From Dicyema japonicum (taxonomy: Eukaryota > Animalia > Dicyemida): a stretch of 64,000 nucleotides of DNA. This document shows positions 51,825 through 63,008 of the stretch, in pieces (position 1 is the stretch's first letter; each line of letters begins with the position of its first letter). The notes beneath the pieces were generated by a model, which saw only the letters and a list, made by a program, of their open reading frames with translations, made no database searches and was not told the origin of the DNA. Made by a program: the position numbers and the translations under genes. The stretch lies in the NCBI GenBank assembly GCA_011109175.1, contig RDEW01000029.1:592158-656157 (forward strand). The letters run 5' to 3'.

Positions 51825-54800
51825 GTTAAGTAACCCCAGCCACACTAACTTGTAGGAGGCCAGCATCTATTAATAGATCGGTCAGTTCCGGCATTGTGGA
51901 GAAATGTTGTGCAATTCATGACATTGAAATAGGTGATTGTTGTCAGCACGTGGAAGATTGCAAAAGGCAGAGTACATCATAAGCTGGTAAATATGGGTGA
52001 TGCCCACATCGTAGACAAGCCAGGTTTACTCGCACGTCCCTTGAAAGAGATATTCTATTGGTCTATTGGAGGAGGGTCGCTGTAATTTTATTGTCTCCGA
52101 GTCTTCGGATGCTTTTCGTAGAAACAAAATCGTGTATTTGTTTCAGACGACTCCTGTCATTGTGGCTGGAAGGGATGGATGATAACATTCAAGACAGGTC
52201 ACTGGTTGTCATAATAATTTTCCTTTTGTTTTGCGGCTTGCATAGGGAGTGGCAGGGATGTTCTAGCTGTAGGCTTGGAGAGGAACTGCAGGGCTCTCAT
52301 TTCCAGATGGTCTCCAATTGGAAGGATCTTTGACTCCCAATGTAGATGATCGACAGGAGTTGATCTGAGACATCCAATAATTATCCTGAGCGCGATGTTT
52401 TGTACTTTTTTTAGTTTGTCAATAGAAGTAAGAAAGGCAGAGGATGACCAGCAAGGGCTTGCATAATTGATAGTTGTTCGAATGAATTGTTTATGATGGT
52501 TTGGACTTCTTTGCTTTGGCCGAAGGAATGGCCTGACACAGCTTTAAGTATGTTGATCTTGTGAAAGGCTTTTGTACATTGTTCCTCCACATGTTTAGAG
52601 AAAGTTAGTAGTTGGTCATCAATAACTCCAAGTATTTTGGGATGTTTCGTAACGGTGAGTGGTTGTCCATGAATTGTTAAAATTGGTTGAAAATTTAGTT
52701 GGCAGCGGTTGGACGTGAATACAGTGACGGTGGATTTCGATGGAGAGGGGGATAGGTGGTTTGATTTAATATCTATGTCTTTAGAGGCAACAATCATGTC
52801 ATCCGCATAAAATAGGAGAAGTGTCTTGGAATTGATTGGAATGTCGTTTAGATGTAAGTTGAATAAGGTAGGTGATAAAACGGAGCCTTGGGGAACTCCA
52901 TTTGGAAGAGTCTGTAATGAGATAGACATGACATAATTTCAGCTCGACCAATTCTTCCAGAGAGGAAATTTGTTAACCAATTCTGAAGACGTGGAGGAAT
53001 TCCAGATACAATAATTTTTTTACTTAGCAGGCGCCTTGATGTTCGATCGAACTCCTTGGTTAGGTTAATCGATGCGAGGATAGTCCGTTTAAGAGGATTA
53101 TAATTGTTAAAACCATCAACGATATATTGAGTTAAAGTAGAGAGATGTTAATGTTGAGTATTGTGGACGAAAGCCATGTTGAAAATCAGGGAAGGAAGAT
53201 ACTCCGATATTAGTTTCAGTACAACAAGTTCAACAATTTTCGATATGACAGATAGTAGTGAAATTGGTCTGAAAGATCCCGGATTCGAAGGATCTTTCTT
53301 GGGCTTCAGGATTGGAATAATTTTGGATTTTTTCCATAGTGTAGGAATTCTGCAGGTGTTGATGGACACAAAAATTATATCTGTTATTGCTTTGAATCCT
53401 TGCATTCCTAGGTGCTTTAAATGCAGAATGCAGATTCCATCAAGCCCTTTGGCAGGAGAGTTTTTGTCGCTTTGATGAGTTTTTCGACATCAGACGTACT
53501 TATTTCAATCGGTTTTCCTTGAGAAGTTTGAACGATTTTTAGTTTGCATGGACGGGAGCATTTGTTCATATCGATGTGACTCACTTTTGCGTAGTGGTTC
53601 ATTATGACATTTGCCTGATGAGTGAAATCACGTGGTGTTTGATTCTTGTCAATACTGGTGGCGTGGGTTGTCACCATTCTATTTTGTATCGACTGAATTC
53701 CACGTAAAGTATCTAAAAAATCCTTTAATTTTGTTAGGTGGTTAATTCTTTGAATGAAATTGTTCCATCGGTTCAAAATCCTCTTGTTGATTCATTCTGT
53801 AATTTCGCTATTAAAGTTGGATAGTTTGGTCGTATAAATATTTGATTTTTTGAGTCGACGTCTTGTATGAATCTTTTCGATAATTATCTTAGATAAATTG
53901 GGATTATAGTCTGCAATGAGTCCTTTTAGAATGTATTTCTTGTCGGCACTGAGGATGACCTTATTAAAAAATTTCATTGCGGCGTCAAACGATTTGAAAT
54001 TCTCAACGGAAAAGTCAGATAGAAATTTTTCTGTTTCTTCTCTGAATGAATCCCATTTTGCACATTTGTAATTCGTTATAGTTTTCCGATGCCTAACAAT
54101 AGGCGAGAGTAGTTCGATTGTCAGTAGAATTGGATTATGGTCCGAGTGTAGGTCATATACAATTCTCCAAGATATCGCCGAAAATAGTGATGGAGAACAT
54201 AGTGTGAGGTCGGGTGATGTATTAGAGTCTCCAGGTCTGGAAGCTGTTCGAGTGTGTGATTTCCTATCATTGAGGATAACTAATTGTTCTACTTGAGAGA
54301 GGACCTGAAGCCCCCTCTCATTACTCTTCTTGCCGATTAGCCAGAGAAGATCTTTTGCATTTAGGTCTCCGCAGATTATCACATTTTCAATCTTTTGCAA
54401 TTCGGTTAGTTTGGGGAGTAATGTTTCATACTGGGACTTGGTGGCGGGATATAAATATTTACAAATGTATACCTTGTGTGGTTTATCTTCACCAAAACAG
54501 TAGTAAGTTCGATGTGATCGTCATCTTCAAACAGAGCTTGTGTCTGAGCGGAAGTATCAGAGAATGGAATAGATTTGTGTATGAGTATAAGAACACCGCC
54601 TCCTCTGTTTGAATTTGGTCGATCACGGCGGACAATTGAGTAGTCTCTGTAGTGTGGAAGCGTTGACTTTCTTGATAGTTTCGTTTCCTGTAGCATGCCA
54701 ATATCTATTTTGTGGAAGTTAGAAATGCAAAAAGTTCATTTGATTTGTGTGTGAGGCCGTTTATGTTGAATTTCATGTTATTGAGGAATTTCCCGTTTTA

Positions 54801-55010
54801 TGAGGCCCGGGGTTCTGTTCGATGTCCCCAGCTAGGATTAGGAGTAGCCAATCCGATCTTTGGGAGCGAAAGCTACGCGCCCGCTCAATAGCCGCCATCA
54901 TCCAGTCCGACTTCCCAGAAATCGTTGAAATGGTTGACAGGGGAATAGAAGTGGTTCTTTTAGTTGCCAGTTTAATACAGGCATCCAATTTCTAATTTGT
55001 TGGCTATTCC
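51825..55010 (-). mobile_element. Near full-length, frameshifted single-ORF I-group (Ingi-like) LINE: leader-2A-APE-RT-zinc finger
   Basis: LLLILAGDIEQNPGP; FNINGL, LQETKL, GDLNA, SPDLT, SDHNPI; KPKKDP..SFRPISLLS, GVPQGSVLSP, YADD; C-terminal C..H..C remnant and AGVT*. Confidence 0.9.
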
Positions 55011-55090
55011 ACTGTTATTATTATTATTAATTGTTATACTGTTATTTTGTAGGTTCAAAATTTGGCATAAATTTTTCAAAAAATAATTAT

Positions 55091-55537
55091 TGTTACCGTC
55101 GCACGTGAAACTCCGCCGTACATGGAACTCTAAACGAAAATTAACTTACATAATAAATATTCTATCAACCTACCAATTACTCTAATTATTCGATCCATAA
55201 CCTTTCATAACTCTAATCTTAGACCTAAACCTTAAACCCTAACCTTAAGCCTAACCTTAACCGTAATCCTGACCCTATCCCTAAATTCTAATTCTATCCT
55301 TGACCCTAAACCCTTATCCCTAACCCTGAACTATATCATAGACCTATCCCTGAACTATGTCTAATCCTAATCTCAACCATAACCATGCCGAATTCTAATT
55401 CCTTCCCTAAACATAGAGTAGTTAAATCTCAACCCTAATCAATATCTAACATCAACCATAATCAATACAAAATATCAACCCTAATCAATATCTGATTGAC
55501 AACTAAATCTAATTTCCACACGGTGAGAGCGGCAACT
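55091..55537. repeat. Degenerate (CCCTAA)n-like array inside imperfect inverted ends
   Basis: AACCCTAACCTTAAGCCTAACCTTAACCGTAATCCTGACCCTATCCCTAA...; ends GTTACCGTCGCACGTG and CACGGTGAGAGCGGCAAC. Confidence 0.7.
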
Positions 55538-55704
55538 ACCTGACTTCATTTTATAATAAAAAAAAATTTTTTTTTTAAAAAAAAAATTTCCACATTAAGC
55601 CAAAAAGATAAAAAATTCTATCTAATTGACAGTTATTCTGCTTTGGTGGACTATCATTGTTTGCGAGTTACCATCATCTATGTGCATTGTATGTTCTTGT
55701 ATAT

Positions 55705-55960
55705 CTACTGACTATAATGAGAAGAAATACGAAGCGCTACGCGACCGATTCGCGTTCTATCCAATTGTGGATGAGACAACTAGAGGAATAAGTGGAAAAT
55801 CGCTTCGCTTCCTAAAGAAACTTGGACACCTAGTTACACTAAAAAGCATGAGACTCGGCGGCTTCTCCAGTTGATCTCTGTTGCAATCGCGGCAACTCAA
55901 CGTCGATTATGTCGGCGGGGACCACTTTTGATTGATTTCTGTGTTTTTAAAAATAAATTT
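55705..55960 (+). mobile_element. CRE-clade 3' end
   Basis: EKKYEAL..FYPIVDET.GISG; tail CAACGTCGATTATGTCGGCGGGGACCACTTTTGATTG shared with 15500-15575; related fragment at 56040-56460. Confidence 0.75.
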
Positions 55961-56809
55961 ATTGATTTAAAAAATTAAGTGATTATCATTGATTTACGAT
56001 AAATGTCAACACTAATGATTTAATGATTTGAAAAATAAAAGATTTTTGAGACAAAATGCAATAAACGATATTATAAACCGTACACTGGAGTTACGGGATA
56101 ACCGGTAGGCCTGGATAGAGGAGAAGGGGAAACGACGGAAGGAAGGGATTACAGTCTACATTCTAATAAGGGAAGCTATTGGTATGGATATCCGTAAAAG
56201 AAAAGGAATGAATCGACTCCCTTTCTTTTACAAACCTCATCGGCAGTGAGGTAAGTGCATCAACATACGCCGCAAAAAAAAGGCTGAGAAGTCTAAAAAG
56301 AAGTACAAGGGGCTCCTTAATCGGTTCATATTTACACTACTGTTGTTGAGAAGTCACTGTTTTCTCTTAAAAGTCTGAGCCATTAAGTTAGTTCGTATGA
56401 CTTTTCCAGTTGATCTCCGTTGCTATGAGAAACAACGCCGCATCAATTATGTCGCGGGGATAAGTGAACGCATATAAAACCTATTCTGCTATACAACGCT
56501 AGGACCTGGGCTACTTAAAAAAAGGAAATGGAGAGGCTGAACTTGTTCCACTAGAAACACCTGAGAAAAATAATATGAATAGGCTGGCTGACCAGAATCT
56601 CATGCAAACGAATCTACAAGAAATGTGTAAGTAAACAAAGCCTGGGGGTAATGAAGTCTCGCTGGAGATTATTCAAGCACATCCGGAGTATGGAATTAGT
56701 TCCCCGACGAACAAATGACTACTACTTTGTCAAGAGGGTCTTTTCAGTGGAAGGCCTAGGATAACACTACCAGTCGACCTTCAAAAGTACTTTAAAAATC
56801 AAAATAAAT

Positions 56810-57150
56810 CCGAGAAAGTTTTATAGATGGAGTTTCATTTGTGGAGGAATGGATCGTGGTGGGCTTCGTTTAATAAATTTTTTCCAATTTTTAGTTGATT
56901 CTTCATCCATTAACTTTGCAAGATTTCTTGTCAAAGTTTGGTTAAATCTTTCTATGATCCCCTGAAACAAATAAAATATTATTTCATTACTTGTGATTGA
57001 GAATGATTTGGTCTTCCATAAATATGCATGATTTTATTTTTCATGCAGAAAAAGTCTAGATATTTGTTTTTAAACTCTGTTCCATTATCTGTTTGTAGAA
57101 TCCCACAAAAGCCGATTTCAAAAAAAATTTTGTTGAATGCTTCACAAATT
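56810..57150 (-). mobile_element. Ginger-type DDE integrase fragment with a 29-nt intron
   Basis: ILQTDNGTEFKN..GRPNHSQSQ|GIIERFNQTL; intron 56962-56990. Confidence 0.8.
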
Positions 57151-57879
57151 TTTAAATTCCAATAAATTAAAAATATAATTCCAATAAATTAAAGTTCTTT
57201 ACAAATAGCATATTTGTGTAAACATCAATGACAGTAAAAATGCATTTATAGCCATCATTTGAATCATTAAATTGCTTCTCTCTGTCATAGGAAGCAGGTC
57301 GTTAGCCCTGCTCAACAAAATTGGATCGTTAGTCGCTAAAAGGAGGAGGGATGTCAGAGAGAAGGATTGGCTCATTGAGCGCATCTCCTTACAGATCGTA
57401 AGGGGAAATGCGCTCTCAATCCTGAGAGCAGCCAGTAGCCTTTAACTATATGGTTTTATTCTTCAATAAATTGTTATTGTTTAAATTGCTTAACATCTAT
57501 GTGGTCTGCCTAGAATCGTTGATTAGGTCTATTAGCAGTCACATGGTATTTAGAATCGGAAATCTATTATATAAATTAATTTTCTACTTTAAGTGGAGTA
57601 GTGTAATTCGATTAAGAGATTTTCAATGGGTCGGATTTTTTGTTCTGGTCCAATTATCCTTATTGCGGTCTCCTCGATTCCGGTTTAAGGAGACTCTAAA
57701 CACGCCGTGTTTTGTGGTTGGTTGAATGTCACGTAACTCACCAAACTGGAGACATTTTAAAGATAAAAGTTTTAGTGGCCCTATCCTACAAGGATGGACT
57801 GACAAGGGTCATCTTAAGAAAACTTAATAAAAAATGTGGTAAAATTACTTTTATAATAAAAATTACTATAATATGTATT

Positions 57880-58560
57880 AAATTAATTCCAAATACCACT
57901 GTTAAACTGAAAAAACTAAACTAAATGATCCCGACGAATTAGATCAAGGCTCTCATCTTTGCTCGGTGTTGATCCCTTGAGCCTACACAAGTTCGTCGCA
58001 GACGAGCACTTTCTTTTTAGCATTGGTGTCCATTTTTGTTTTTTTCGATTAGTTTCTCCATGGGCGTCGGTGATTTAATGTTTTCCCTTGTGTACCATCT
58101 CTCCGTTAGTTTGAAGGCCCTTTTCTGGGTTGCGGAGATTTTCTGGATGTTCGTATAAGAGGCCTGTGGTCTCCATGAAGTACACGCATATGAAATTCAT
58201 GGTTCGATGTACTGTGAGTAGAGCGTTTTAAGTATAGGGTGATGTCCAATTTTCCATAGACTTGTTAGGAATTTCAGAAGGTTGATTTTCTTCTCACATT
58301 TGTTTAGCACGTTACTGACATGTCTCGAAAAGTTAATGTGCGTATCGAAAGTCAGACCCAATAAATTTGCCATTTACTGAACGGGAATGCTCTTCCCTCC
58401 GCAGTAACTTTTATTGTCCTGTTCGACAATCTTTTCTCCGAGGTATAGAGAGTTGTAACAGATTTTTCGATGCTGATTGACATCCGATTTTCATTTAACC
58501 ACTCGAGTAGTCGATCCATGTGGTGTTGTATTTTTTTCGTCGCTGTTTGGGTGTTGTATT
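57880..58560 (-). mobile_element. I-group LINE subfamily B, 3' portion
   Basis: Colinear and highly similar to 44055-44730. Confidence 0.9.
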
Positions 58561-58859
58561 TATCTTAAAAACAAGATAAATCATTATATTTATGTTTTTT
58601 GATAAATAAATCTGTTATTTTTACGTTATTTTGTTCTTTTTTAGTAATGAATGGACAATATCTGCATTTAGTTTAGGATAATTTTTAGGAGTTTCTTATT
58701 TGAATACATTAAGATGCACTGTGAAACCACTTTCCGTATCTTTTATGACTTTATACTCTAAATGTCTCGCTACTATCTTTATCGAAAATCTAGTAGCGCT
58801 TCTATCTCTTTTTTCATATTTTTAGAAAGATTCACAGTATGGTTATAATCACAAACAAC

Positions 58860-59600
58860 GTCTTATCAAAATGATATAGCATCCAAAATTGCCTATCGAT
58901 GTCGAAATTGATGGAAATACAGCATGAATATCTATTGGGAAAAATTGAGAAGAAACGGCTCACCCTATTTTATTTCAGAGTTTGAAAGGCACAGAAGTGA
59001 ATATTGCTGAATCCTCTGGATGGCTAGTGCATAAAAATCACTCCCTTATAACCGAGGGAAGGCTGTGTTTACTTTAGGTCCTAACATGTTTTTTGAAAAC
59101 GGAGAAACTAAATGCGGGCAGCAAAGAAGATCGTCGATCACCTTGCAACTAAATGTGGAGAATGAAGTGGTCAGATGTTTACACCTACATCTTTGCCGTC
59201 AATTTGGAATAAGAAAAACTAAGAAACTGAAGTACAATCTGTTGTCACAAATGAATTTGTAGTTTCACGTAGACACGATCACGGATACGGCTGTAACGAA
59301 TAACAAACCCGACATTTTCGTTTATGATAAGACAAAAAATACGATTACTTTTGTTGAAATTGGGATCACTTCGCAAAACTGCCTCAAGCAGGTCGAGGTA
59401 GAAAAGTTCTACAAGTATGACTTACTGGCTAACGAACTTTCCTGTTGATGAGGAAGACAGTATGGAATGTCAACCTAGGGTAGTCTTGAATTTGGGGTAT
59501 GCAGGGACGTGAACACGGCTTAAGGGCAATAGAGGTTGGCCTCAAGAAGAGAAGATTGAGTTAGACGGGCATTATAAAAAATTACTTTTACTTATTGTTT
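58860..59600 (+). mobile_element. R4/NeSL-type RLE non-LTR fragment
   Basis: DHLATKC, NEVVRCLHL, NNKPDIFVYDK..FVEIGITSQ..EKFYKYDLLANEL; small sister fragment at about 38940-39025. Confidence 0.8.
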
Positions 59601-59624
59601 GATAAATAATTTTATATATTTCCT

Positions 59625-59965
59625 GATTAATTGGGTGGTGGATTTTGCCGCGTGGCGCCATGTAGTGCTGCGTGGTTAATTGGTTAAATTTTTCTGCTTG
59701 CTTGTCTGTTCCTCCTCTCTCTTCTTAATAGAGTAGCGTCATGTGATCCACCTGTCTAGGTGATGCCCAGTGCCAGGCCGGTATGAAAAAGGATCATTTG
59801 CTCTTCCCCACTCCACTGAAGGGGTTTCCACAACTGCATGTAAGGGACGTCTTACCCTTTATGCTGATTCCGGATGGACTCTGTAGAAGTGGAAACTGGA
59901 TACACTTAATTAGTTGTTTACTTTAACTTCTTTCTCGGTGTATCCGGGGTTAATAAATAATAATT
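59625..59965 (+). mobile_element. LINE 3' end, subfamily E
   Basis: AAWRHV remnant (related pieces at 760-990, 15060-15180, 21190-21450, 35856-36110); ends GGA TAC ACT TAA...GGTGTATCCGGGG plus TAA-rich tail. Confidence 0.75.
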
Positions 59966-59974
59966 AATTGAACT

Positions 59975-60514
59975 GCTTTCGTTGTCATGTTGCTTTCTAT
60001 TTTTATAAAGTTCAACTTCCAAGGCATTTTTAAAGCAATTTCGTATTTATGATTTATTAATTTCGTCCCAGGCCATTTTTAACATGATAGTGCATATCTT
60101 TTTGCCATTGAGCTACAAGTTTTTTTTTAATTATCTTCATCATCCAATTATTAAAATAATTTTGAACGCTAATCCCTTGATCAAATTTCTGTATTAAAAT
60201 CGGATAAGAAGTAGGTATTTTTTCCTTTACTTAAAATTCTCTTTAGATCGAACTCACATTTTATTTTAAGAAGTGAGAACAGTAATGTTAATTAATCCAA
60301 GGAAGTCGTATTTTTGAAAAAATATTATGTCGATGTTTTAATATTGGATGCAAGTAAACAAGTTGCATCATCTATCAATAATGCTATTTTTATTTTTTCC
60401 CTCATTTTTTCGTTAATACGAGATAGCCAATTTTTAAAATTAATTTTTATCATCAAAGCTTTGTATGAAACATCATATTCAATGCTAATGAATTTTATAT
60501 TTACTCATCTTAAT
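59975..60514 (-). mobile_element. pogo/Tigger transposase, DDE C-terminal remnant (older copy; HTH part at 61937-62200)
   Basis: IALLIDDA, KNTTS, DQGI, AWDEI..IRNC.K; upstream part reads FASNWFYRFKKQFDIKF. Confidence 0.7.
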
Positions 60515-60812
60515 GCTCTTGGCATAGTGGTTAGGTGTCGGGCTAATGTGACTTAGGTTACGGGTTTGATTATCGCTGCTGTTCACCTGGTAGAAGGTTC
60601 CACGCATCTACGACGCTAAAAGTGGATACTCGGAACTGGATTGTCTAGAAAGGACCCACACACAAGAAAAAGAAAAAAAAAGTGAAGATCATTCCTTGGT
60701 TATACGATTAGTTAAAATTAACTGTTCTATACTTAAATGAAGTGTGTTTTTTCCTATGCAGAGCTATAAATATTATGGCTCTCGTAAAAAGGCTGTTTAT
60801 TATTTATTATTA
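60515..60812 (+). mobile_element. tRNA-derived SINE with RTE-like 3' tail
   Basis: A-box TGGCATAGTGG, degenerate B-box GGTTTGATTATC, internal A-tract; 3' GCAGAGCTATAAATATTATGGCTCTCGTAAAAAG matches the RTE 3' end near 40000-40045. Confidence 0.75.
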
Positions 60813-61934
60813 CAGTCTAACCCCGGGGTGGGGGTGCCCTCCAAAACCGAAGTTTGGTTCAAACTATTGATTTATGTTTGATTTAACTTTAATTTTTGTT
60901 TACTTTGCAAAAAAGGAACTTCTTCACCTCTTCCAAAGTGTTTATAAAATAAGTTGTGATTTTTTGCTCTATAGTTTGATAGATTTCTATTCTATGTTTT
61001 TTATTCGGATTTTTATTAATTAACAAATCATTATTTTTAAAGCATTTTTTTGAAATAATCAGTCAATTTCAAATTTTTCATATTTCTTAAATCTTTTTAA
61101 GTTGAAATCTAAACTCATAATATTTTCTTTATTTTCCTCAATTTTCTTTCAACAATTAATTATTGTTGTTTCTTTAACTTCCATCCACGCTTTTTTTAAC
61201 AAGTACCATAATCTGTCGCATATCTATATTTTTCAAAGATTTAAGATTAATTGTTGTATTTGCCAAATTAATTTTATCTGCTGAATTTTTTTTCACCACA
61301 AATGGCTTTAAAAACCAGATCACGTCTCTCTTCTTAAATCTATCTAACCAACCGTTTAAGGCTTTAAAAGATGTTGAATAATTCAATTTTGTCGATATTT
61401 TTTTCGCGATAGCTTTGATTAAAGTACTTGAAATAGAAAAGGAATCATCCCTCAAACGACGAAAAGTATTAAAGTTAATTCGTCAATTTTTCCAAATTGA
61501 TTGTCTTCATTAGAAATTGGTTCAACTTCATCTTTTTGAACTAATATTGAAATGACTGATCCGGTATTAATAAAAGAAGAAATGTTTTTTTTGATTCGGG
61601 AAATAGTGCCTTTGCTTATCTTGAATTTTTTTGTAACTTTTCTTTCAGAAAAAGTTTGTAGACACATTGCAATTTGAATTTTTGTTTTAATAGAAATTTT
61701 GGAAAGCATTACTCAAAAACAATTATCACGTGTTCAAAAATAATATTATTCAAAATAATATTATGTAATAAAATATTAAAATAAATTAGTAAAGTGCCCC
61801 ATATTGGGGTTTCGGTAATTTCCAAAATTGGAAATTATTGATGGAAAATGTGCTAAAAAATAAAATCGCCCCAAAAAGCGCCCCAAAAATCGAGGGTGCC
61901 AAGGCGGGGGTTTTATTGGGGCGGGGTTCGACTG
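60813..61934 (-). mobile_element. Internally deleted pogo/Tigger element with TIRs and TA target duplication
   Basis: TA|CAGTCTAACCCCG ... CGGGGTTCGACTG|TA; psq-type HTH (SIKTKIQI..ISKGTISRI) and CENP-B HTH (FKALNGWLDRFKKR). Confidence 0.88.
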
Positions 61935-62259
61935 TAATACTTTTGAAGATTTTTCTTTTTTATCAGCTGATCGTGCTTTATCTTTAAGGGTTTTGAATTT
62001 TATGTCAAATTGTTTCTTAAATCGGTAGAACCAGTTTGATGCAAATAAAGTCTTTATTAGAATGCCTATTAACAATTTTACTTTACAAATTAAGAATTGT
62101 GACATTACAACAGGATTGGAGAAGCTCTAAATAAACATATTAATATTCGTTACTAATTTTCCACATTTGGGTTTTTTATTACTAACAAAATTTCATTATT
62201 ACAATTTTTAATTTCTTTATTGTGAAAAATTTATTAACAATAAAATATTATTATTAACT

Positions 62260-62625
62260 ATGGGGAAGAGCGGCTGCTGACATCACGGAGTAAGCGTTTC
62301 CGCGGACAACTGGGATACTAATTCGTTGCCTTAGTCAGACCGCTTCCCGCACGTCTTTCTTGCGGTGGGCCAATTTTCCCCCAATTTCCTTTAGGAAAGA
62401 CTTCCGGCTGCACCAGACGTCTCGATTGCTACCGGTACAAAACGGTAGCGGTCTCAAATCTCGCCATAATTTTTTAATCTTGATTTTCTCGGCCAGATCG
62501 GCTGCCGATCCAGCAGACTGCGCCGAGCTGAGAATCATCGAGTTCGAGAAAGTATCCACAACAGTGCAGTCCCATACGAGCGATTTTCCCTCAGTGAACG
62601 GAAAGATAGTTAACCCATCATTTGA
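62260..62625 (-). mobile_element. CRE-clade RLE domain and 3' end
   Basis: DGLTIFPFTEGKSLVWDCTVVDT..FVPVAIETSG..RQRISIPVVRGNA. Confidence 0.85.
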
Positions 62626-62660
62626 TTAAAGTATCAACTATTTGAAAATAAATATATTAT

Positions 62661-63008
62661 TTAATCAAAAGAAATTAAATCCGTATTTATTTTTGGAACA
62701 TCATCTATTTTGAAAAATAATATTTGATCACTAAATTTACATCTTTCGATTTCAACCTCAAGTAAAACATTCCAAACCTAAAATAATAAATTTTGATACA
62801 AAATAAGATTAATCAAGTCGACAATATTATTTTCATTAACAATGCGATTATTTACTTTCAAAATGAAATCTCCACATTTTAATCCTAACAAAAAGGCGGG
62901 AGAATTATTAATTACAGTATTAATAATATAAGGGGGATTCGAAGTTATTGTCAATCCATAACCCACTAATTTGTCCTTCTCAATAATAAATTTTAAATCT
63001 ATAATCAT
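62661..63008 (-). CDS. Small single-PDZ-domain protein (3' end uncertain)
   Basis: GYGLTI..PYIINTVINNSPAFLLGLKCGDFILKVNN; 22-nt GT-AG segment at 62778-62799; last strand VLLEVEIER. Confidence 0.75.

Noticed and set aside
60521-60580. Functional tRNA gene
   Set aside because: Acceptor and T stems do not pair well, the B-box is degenerate, and it is attached to a repeated SINE body
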